From an uncultured virus (IMG/VR IMGVR_UViG_3300037961_004118) (taxonomy: Duplodnaviria; Heunggongvirae; Uroviricota; Caudoviricetes; Kyanoviridae), in IMG/VR virus record IMGVR_UViG_3300037961_004118: a stretch of DNA of 64,000 nt; one strand, written 5' to 3'. Each line of letters begins with the position of its first letter. The stretch's first letter is position 1. A program made the position numbers and the translations under genes. Shown piece by piece: positions 58,029 through 64,000 of the stretch. The notes below the pieces were generated by a model that was not told the DNA's origin, made no database searches, and saw nothing but the letters and a program-made list of their open reading frames with translations.

Positions 58029-58243
58029 TTGGACCGATTGGTATTACGCTGCGTCAAGCAGAAGATCACTTTGATTTCATCATGGATCTAACAGAATCTC
58101 AACATGTTTGTTGGAAAATTGTTCGTCCTGATGGAAAGTCTGCAATGATGGTTCCTGTAAATGAGATCCCTCCTGTTGCAGATGAAATTCAACAGCAAGC
58201 AGAAGAATTTAGAAAAAAATTCCTGGAGGAAAATGCGACCTGA
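58025..58243 (+). CDS. Phd/YefM-like small protein
   Basis: ITLRQAEDHFDFIMD...IVRPDGKSAMMVP. Confidence 0.5.
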   Translation: MIGPIGITLRQAEDHFDFIMDLTESQHVCWKIVRPDGKSAMMVPVNEIPPVADEIQQQAEEFRKKFLEENAT

Positions 58244-58406
58244 AACTCGTAAATCTATGGAAATGCTTTGGTCAGCAAAATGGAACTTGCCAACAGCAGC
58301 AAAACATGCTAATCTTAGCAACAAGGAAATGAAAATTACTTTCAATGAGTATTGTCATTTTCATCCCCCGTCTTATAAGGTGCCAGATGGGAGTGTGGCG
58401 GAATAG
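58233..58406 (+). CDS. Hypothetical protein ending inside tRNA-Leu
   Basis: GGAGG RBS; AKWNLPTAAKH...MKITFNEYC. Confidence 0.65.
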   Translation: MRPETRKSMEMLWSAKWNLPTAAKHANLSNKEMKITFNEYCHFHPPSYKVPDGSVAE

Positions 58407-58473
58407 GTAGACGCACCAGACTTAAAATCTGTTGAGAATTAATCTCGTGGGGGTTCAAGTCCCCCCACTCCTA
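58389..58473 (+). tRNA. tRNA-Leu(TAA)
   Basis: GGGAGTG/CACTCCT; CT-TAA-AA loop; long variable arm. Confidence 0.95.
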
Positions 58474-58477
58474 TATT

Positions 58478-58657
58478 ATGGACAAAGAAACCTTGATCAA
58501 GATGCTTCACCAAAACGAAAATGACTATCACGAACTTCCGATGTATGGTCTGATTGCCGATTGGTATCTTCGTTATTGGCATTTACATATTGCATTGTAT
58601 CAATATCTGGAACTTGATAAAGAAGATTATTATGGTCCATGGCCCTTACGTCAATGA
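58478..58657 (+). CDS. 59-aa hypothetical protein
   Basis: Manual translation; ATGA overlap with the next gene. Confidence 0.55.
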   Translation: MDKETLIKMLHQNENDYHELPMYGLIADWYLRYWHLHIALYQYLELDKEDYYGPWPLRQ

Positions 58658-59208
58658 ATGTTCTCTTTCCCACTACATTTTTCTTAAAGTACAAAATTCC
58701 TAACTTTGTTGAACTCTTAGAGTTACATGAAAAATATGTAACTAAAGAATCTAATACAGATTTTGAATGGAACTTTTATTGTAATGTCAAAACAAGTAAT
58801 ATTCCTGTTGAGGAAGCACTACCTGTTATCAAACCATCCTTAGATCTTCTCTCCAAAGATATCGGATCATTTAATTTTACAATGTTTGATCCTTGGGTAA
58901 ACACCTATGGAAAAGGATCTTACCAAGAAGTTCATGATCATTCAGAAAATGATATTGCTGCCGTTTTCTTTTTGAATCAAGGTGATAACTTTGGTGAGTT
59001 CTACATCAAAGATCGAATGAGTCCATTACTAAGTGCTCGAATGAAAAAGCAACTTAATTATATGGATTGTGTTCGGTCTTCTGATGTAAATATTCAGAAA
59101 GGTGAAGTAATTTTCTTTCCTGGACATGTACTGCATGGAGTTACACCTCATCTAAGTGATGTAGATCGTAAAACTATTGCAGCAAATATCAATATAGTCT
59201 CGGGATGA
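58654..59208 (+). CDS. 2OG-Fe(II) oxygenase-like protein
   Basis: WVNTY..QEVHDH; FFPG..LHGVTP; RKTIAAN. Confidence 0.85.
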   Translation: MNVLFPTTFFLKYKIPNFVELLELHEKYVTKESNTDFEWNFYCNVKTSNIPVEEALPVIKPSLDLLSKDIGSFNFTMFDPWVNTYGKGSYQEVHDHSENDIAAVFFLNQGDNFGEFYIKDRMSPLLSARMKKQLNYMDCVRSSDVNIQKGEVIFFPGHVLHGVTPHLSDVDRKTIAANINIVSG

Positions 59209-59249
59209 CTATAAACTCGCACTGGTCGGGATAATCCGTAGGACCTTCT

Positions 59250-59471
59250 ATGAATGATGACTATATAAGAGACACGGCAAACTACAAGTTTGGTGGGTTT
59301 CCACTCTCAGCAGTAAATGTGTTGAGATTGATCAGCGAATTAGAAGGTTCTTATCAACTACTCAAGTATTTGGGTTTCAAAGAAGATATGGACACTCTCG
59401 ATGAAATTAAACAAAAGTATTACAAACTCTACTTCAAACTCAAAAAACAAGAAAAATTACCGCCCCCGTAG
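59250..59471 (+). CDS. Hypothetical protein ending inside tRNA-Thr
   Basis: LISELEGSYQLLKYLGF. Confidence 0.65.
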   Translation: MNDDYIRDTANYKFGGFPLSAVNVLRLISELEGSYQLLKYLGFKEDMDTLDEIKQKYYKLYFKLKKQEKLPPP

Positions 59472-59533
59472 CTCAGCGGTAGAGCAGGGCTTTTGTAAAG
59501 CTCAGGTCGCAAGTTCAAATCTTGTCAGGGGAA
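59462..59533 (+). tRNA. tRNA-Thr(TGT), 3' acceptor strand imperfect and overlapping tRNA-Ala
   Basis: GGGCT-TTTGTAA-AGCTC; GTTCAAATC; GCCCCCG pairs with CAGGGGA. Confidence 0.8.
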
Positions 59534-59600
59534 TTAGCTCAGTTGGTAGAGCGCCTGCTTTGCAAGCAGGATGTCAGGAGTTCGAGTCTCCTATTCTCCA
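59528..59600 (+). tRNA. tRNA-Ala(TGC)
   Basis: GGGGAAT/ATTCTCC with G3:U70; CCTGC-TTTGCAA-GCAGG. Confidence 0.95.
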
Positions 59601-59648
59601 TGGGGGAGTACAAAAGATCTGTATTTTAGAAACAGCGCCCCCTCCCAT

Positions 59649-59720
59649 TCCTCTTTAGCTCAGCGGCAGAGCAAGCGACTGTTAATCGCTCGGTCCTAGG
59701 TTCAAATCCTAGAAGGGGAG
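59649..59720 (+). tRNA. tRNA-Asn(GTT)
   Basis: TCCTCTT/AAGGGGA; AGCGA-CTGTTAA-TCGCT. Confidence 0.95.
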
Positions 59721-59737
59721 TTACCACTATTTTCGGT

Positions 59738-60337
59738 ATGTCACAAGAACCAGTTGCATTTACAGACAAACTTGTTTGGGAGTGTCCCACACAATTACCT
59801 CCTGGATTGATTATGTCAATGAGGAAGTATGTTCGTGGGTTGACATACGAAACTGCAAAGGTTAATAGTTCCGATCCAAAAGAAAAGGAATCAACATCAA
59901 CAGGGATTCGTAAGAATGATGTTGGATGGATCCCATGGGATGAATGGATCCCAGGTATCATACACAATTGTATGATTAGTGCTAATAATTCATACTTTAA
60001 GTATGACCTTACACACTTTGAAAGTAGGATTCAGTCTACCATTTACAATGGTGATTCAGAAGACTTCTACACTTGGCATGTAGATAATTTTTATCAGCAT
60101 GATCGTCACTTAGGTGAAGAAAGAAAACTATCTTGTTCTCTTGTTCTTACAGATCCTGACGAATATGAAGGCGGTGAGTTACAAATATGCTATTATAAGA
60201 ACCGATTCTTTAATATCAAACCTAAAGCAGGAACCGCTGTTGTGTTCCCGTCTTGGGTTCCACATAGAGTCAGACCTGTGAGAAGCGGACAACGTATTTC
60301 ACTGGTAGCATGGATGAAAGGTCCAATGTTCAAATGA
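59738..60337 (+). CDS. 2OG-Fe(II) oxygenase (PKHD/prolyl-hydroxylase type)
   Basis: YTWHVD; RKLS; YEGGEL; FPSWVPHRV; RISLV.W. Confidence 0.9.
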   Translation: MSQEPVAFTDKLVWECPTQLPPGLIMSMRKYVRGLTYETAKVNSSDPKEKESTSTGIRKNDVGWIPWDEWIPGIIHNCMISANNSYFKYDLTHFESRIQSTIYNGDSEDFYTWHVDNFYQHDRHLGEERKLSCSLVLTDPDEYEGGELQICYYKNRFFNIKPKAGTAVVFPSWVPHRVRPVRSGQRISLVAWMKGPMFK

Positions 60338-60555
60338 AAAAAGATTATGATGGTCCACTATATGCTGAGTGGTGGAAAGTACAAAAATTCAAGGAGACAA
60401 GCATGACTAAAAAATCAAAAACTATTGGTAGTGATACTTGGGAGTGGGAAGAAACTCCTGAAGTTCGTGCAGCAGTAGAGCGACTTCATCAAAACATTCG
60501 TGACTTGGAAAAAGACCAAGGTAAAAAGAATGGCGACTATGGTGTAGGAAAGTAA
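60334..60555 (+). CDS. Hypothetical protein
   Basis: ATGA overlap; YDGPLYA. Confidence 0.55.
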   Translation: MKKDYDGPLYAEWWKVQKFKETSMTKKSKTIGSDTWEWEETPEVRAAVERLHQNIRDLEKDQGKKNGDYGVGK

Positions 60556-60558
60556 AAC

Positions 60559-61119
60559 ATGCCACTCAACACGATTCAAACACCTGAAGATATCAAGGTA
60601 ATTGATGATTTCTTGCCAGCAAATGAGTTCTCTAAACTAGAGAGCATCTTGATGGGTCGTGACTTCCCGTGGTATTTTATTGATATCATCAATTATGAAT
60701 GGTCGGAAAAAGAAAAGAATGATCTAAGAAGTTTTCAATTCGTTCACTTACTCTTAGGAGTAAGTTATGAAAACTACAGCGATTACACTCGAATGATTGT
60801 TGATATGTTTGGAGATAGGTTAAATGCTTTTATGTTTATGCGAATAAAAGCAAACCTTAATATCAACTCCGACAAGATTGAAGCATATGACTGGCATACG
60901 GATTATTACTCTGATTGGTCAGAGAAAAGTAAGAGTGCAGTTTTCTATGTAAATAGTAATGATGGTTACACTGAGTTTGAAGATGGTGTTAAAGTTGAAA
61001 GTGTAGCAAATCGCATTGCTATATTTCCAACAATGAAACTACACAGAGCAACTAACTGCACAAATTCTAAGTCAAGAGTTGTTCTAAATTTTAACTTTTT
61101 TGAGAATTCCCTGGTATGA
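60559..61119 (+). CDS. 2OG-Fe(II) oxygenase-like protein
   Basis: DDFL..FPWY; RIKANL; WHTD; NDGYTEF; H..T; RVVLNFN. Confidence 0.85.
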   Translation: MPLNTIQTPEDIKVIDDFLPANEFSKLESILMGRDFPWYFIDIINYEWSEKEKNDLRSFQFVHLLLGVSYENYSDYTRMIVDMFGDRLNAFMFMRIKANLNINSDKIEAYDWHTDYYSDWSEKSKSAVFYVNSNDGYTEFEDGVKVESVANRIAIFPTMKLHRATNCTNSKSRVVLNFNFFENSLV

Positions 61120-61340
61120 ACCTTAATGAGACACTAGACTACGACAAGCAACGGCGTTGTCGTTTGGCAGACATGTTGCTGGATTATCTCGACGACGATA
61201 AGGTTAAACCCCGAAAGTTGTATGAGGAATTGATCAGTGAAACCACTGAACTGATTGAGTATCATAAATCTAAAAAGGAGAAGTATGAGCAATTCAGAGA
61301 ACTTATCCTCGGAAACAGACCCATCGACTTCAATCCCTGA
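61116..61340 (+). CDS. Hypothetical protein
   Basis: ATGA overlap; helical. Confidence 0.65.
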   Translation: MNLNETLDYDKQRRCRLADMLLDYLDDDKVKPRKLYEELISETTELIEYHKSKKEKYEQFRELILGNRPIDFNP

Positions 61341-61440
61341 GGAATTGCAAGAAGAATGGGAGTATTACAACGCATGTTGTGAAGCATTGGGTATACCACC
61401 CAACATCCGACGCTTTACCAGATACAATGAATTGTATCCG

Positions 61441-61448
61441 TATAAATA
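61441..61448 (+). promoter_or_regulatory. T4-type late promoter
   Basis: TATAAATA upstream of structural genes. Confidence 0.75.
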
Positions 61449-61475
61449 AACTTGTAGCAAATCGTGTGATTATTC

Positions 61476-62816
61476 GTGGGAACCCGTAAAATTTCTCAGT
61501 TAGATACAATCGCAGATGCGAACTTGTCGGGAGAAGCAATTCTCCCTGTTGTCGTATCTGACCCGTTGATTCCTAACAGAAAAGCAAAAGTAAATCAACT
61601 CTTTAAGGGAGTTTCACAGGGCACTAAGGCAGCGCCTGGACTTTGTTTTGACTTGGACCGAGACACTGGATTGTACCAACTGGAATATGATCAACTGGGT
61701 CTTTCTTTTGGTGATGGTGGACTTTACCTTACTAGAAGTAATGTAAATGATACCACCAGTAATATCACACTTGGTAGTAGAGACGAAGTAAGAGAGAATG
61801 CTAACATTATTCTCTCACCAAAGGGTAGTGGTACAGTATCAATTACAGGTATCTTCTCCACTCAAGACGAAAACTTCCAACTTACTGATAATACAGCAAG
61901 TACAACTGCCAGATTTGAAGTTAGTGCTGTTGGTACTGGTGCCACTCGTGTGTTTTCCTTACCAACTGTTTCCCAGGGTTCTACAACAACATTAGTTGGT
62001 TCTGATACTACACAAGTCATTACTAACAAAACGATCAACATTGATCACGATAATCTACAAATCGAAAACCTTATCCCAGGCACTGCTGACAAGGATAGGG
62101 CACTTTTTCAACTTAATTATACCGATTCGCAAGGTCAACTCAGGAAATTCTTCTTACCTGACGCAGGAGCGACAGTTAGTGTTGCTCAACCTACTACAAC
62201 AGAGTCTACTCTGCTTGATACAAAAGCAGATCAAACTGTACTTACAAAGACATTTGTACAACCCAAGTTTACTAGAAACGATTCTGTAGGTACTGAGTAT
62301 TTCCAGTTCAATACTGATGCTCTTACAACAAATAGAATTATCACAGTTCCTGACTTGAACTTGACTCTGGTTGGTGTGAACACTACCCAGACACTGACTG
62401 CTAAGACTATTGTCAATCTTATTCTTTCTGATAATATTGACGTTACAAAGCGAATGACGTTTGACCTGAGTAACATCAACACTCAGACAAATAACTCCGT
62501 AGGATTCCCTGCTACAGACTCGCTAAATAATGCAGGTGCTACTAGCATCCTGGTTACTGAGAAAGCAACTCAAGATCTTTCTAACAAGACTCTTATTCGC
62601 CCTCAGATTCGTGAAGCAGCATCGGCAAGTCGATATGTAGTTATCGACACTACGAATATTACAGCAGCAAGAACAATTAAGTTCCCAGATGCAGACGCAA
62701 CTCTGCTTTCTACCGAAAACGTTACAGTTGACGATGTTAACTTTGGTGCAGGTATCGGTGCTGCTAACTTAACTGGTCGCACAAGACTTCAACAATTTTT
62801 CTACGCAGGATTCTAA
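61476..62816 (+). CDS. Virion structural / tail-fibre-associated protein
   Basis: RKISQL N-terminus; APGLCFDLDRDTG; repeated LVG..TTQTL.NKT. Confidence 0.7.
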   Translation: MGTRKISQLDTIADANLSGEAILPVVVSDPLIPNRKAKVNQLFKGVSQGTKAAPGLCFDLDRDTGLYQLEYDQLGLSFGDGGLYLTRSNVNDTTSNITLGSRDEVRENANIILSPKGSGTVSITGIFSTQDENFQLTDNTASTTARFEVSAVGTGATRVFSLPTVSQGSTTTLVGSDTTQVITNKTINIDHDNLQIENLIPGTADKDRALFQLNYTDSQGQLRKFFLPDAGATVSVAQPTTTESTLLDTKADQTVLTKTFVQPKFTRNDSVGTEYFQFNTDALTTNRIITVPDLNLTLVGVNTTQTLTAKTIVNLILSDNIDVTKRMTFDLSNINTQTNNSVGFPATDSLNNAGATSILVTEKATQDLSNKTLIRPQIREAASASRYVVIDTTNITAARTIKFPDADATLLSTENVTVDDVNFGAGIGAANLTGRTRLQQFFYAGF

Positions 62817-62825
62817 TTTATAACA

Positions 62826-64000
62826 ATGGCAAAATCAGGCATTTTAGGGCAATCAAAACCCGCTGCTACTACAAATACAATTCTGTACAAGGCACCGATC
62901 GACAAGTCTGCCAGTGCAGTATTAACTATTGCAAATGATGGCACTGGGGCAGCATATGACATTGCGTTGAAAGATTATGATCAGAATCTGACAATGGACG
63001 CTAGTACATATCTCTTCCATGAAGGTGATGTGGTAACTAATCATAGATTTGCTCTTGACCAAAACTTTACCACTAGCACTCCAATCTCTCCTGGTGATAC
63101 AATTACTAGTGCAGACGCTGAGAAGAAAGCAAAGTTTCACGGATTTTATATTCCCGAGTTTACTACAATCAATGTAAAGGCGATTGACCTTACTATCATC
63201 ACGACTGAAAGTCAGTCTGGTGACTTTAACTTAGGTGACACTATCACTAAAGGTAGTGCTCCTAACACTACAACTGCGGTTCTTTATGATACCTACGTTA
63301 GTGGTTCTAACAGAATTTTGATTGTTGGTCCTAGAACTTTGAATGGAACTGGCACTGAATTTGCTGCTGCTGATGCACTTGCTAGTTCTTCTGGTGGTTC
63401 TACAACAATTTCTACTGGTGGTGTTGCTGGAAGTGCAACTAACGAGTTTGTTTTCTCAACTGACGCATCAACATATGGTTTCTATCACAGAACTCTGAGT
63501 GATTTCCTTTTGACATTCACTGCTGACAGAGCATATCGTTTCGATGTTTCTGATTCATCGATGGCAAGTAAGGTTTTGAAACTTTCATCGACAGTCAATG
63601 GTGAGTATGGTCCTGACAATGATGCCGCTGCCACTGGTGACAATGGCGTAGAATATACTGACGGCAAGACAACTAATGGAACCGCAGGATCTAGTGGTGC
63701 ATATGTTCAATATGACTTCTCTGTAGGTACACCTCCCAGCGTTCTCTATTGGTATGAAGGCACTACTGGTGGTAACGCTGGTGCTGCTTATGGTGGTGAT
63801 GACAGAGGTATTTCTATCGGCACCAGTTTCTTCTACAATCAAATTTATGTTTATGACATTGAGGGTACTTGGACCAACACAGACACATTTACAGTTGGTG
63901 AAAACTCTTACCAGTTGACTGGTCAAACCTCTGGAAAGTGGGGTGTTGTTAGAGATTACACCAGCACCGCGTTGAAAATCATTCTTGGTCCTGGATCTAG
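62826..64000 (+). CDS. Virion structural protein, 3'-truncated by window
   Basis: MAKSGILGQSKPAATTNTILY...; T/G/S-rich; appears open to the window end. Confidence 0.7.
   Translation, partial: MAKSGILGQSKPAATTNTILYKAPIDKSASAVLTIANDGTGAAYDIALKDYDQNLTMDASTYLFHEGDVVTNHRFALDQNFTTSTPISPGDTITSADAEKKAKFHGFYIPEFTTINVKAIDLTIITTESQSGDFNLGDTITKGSAPNTTTAVLYDTYVSGSNRILIVGPRTLNGTGTEFAAADALASSSGGSTTISTGGVAGSATNEFVFSTDASTYGFYHRTLSDFLLTFTADRAYRFDVSDSSMASKVLKLSSTVNGEYGPDNDAAATGDNGVEYTDGKTTNGTAGSSGAYVQYDFSVGTPPSVLYWYEGTTGGNAGAAYGGDDRGISIGTSFFYNQIYVYDIEGTWTNTDTFTVGENSYQLTGQTSGKWGVVRDYTSTALKIILGPGS

Overview
A 64-kb segment of a T4-like marine cyanomyovirus (Kyanoviridae-type). A Synechococcus host is inferred from psbA+psbD, petF, cpeT, CP12, talC and a tRNA set mostly reading A-ending codons. 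It contains the replication core (gp43, uvsX, gp41, gp61, nrdA/B/C, thyX, gp32/33/59), auxiliary metabolic genes (mazG, talC, 2 hli, psbA, psbD, petF, phoH, CP12, cpeT, eight 2OG-Fe(II) oxygenase-like genes), the baseplate/tail module (gp53, gp48, gp4, gp26/51, tape-measure-like genes, gp5), six tRNAs and several structured RNAs. Two 10-N gaps indicate a draft assembly. Most notable observations: (1) a tandem glutamine-riboswitch-like pair in which each aptamer's P2 loop holds a paralogous small ORF, upstream of DUF4278-like peptides; (2) a probable programmed -1 frameshift fusing gp26 to gp51; (3) an NMNAT-like nucleotidyltransferase with a T4-style capsid-targeting N-terminus, next to a KxDG-motif protein; (4) RpaB(HLR1)-like and NtcA-like host regulator boxes at phage promoters; (5) psbA broken by an inferred 46-nt microhomology deletion, and overlapping tRNA-Thr/tRNA-Ala genes. 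All family assignments come from motif recognition by eye; no database searches were run.
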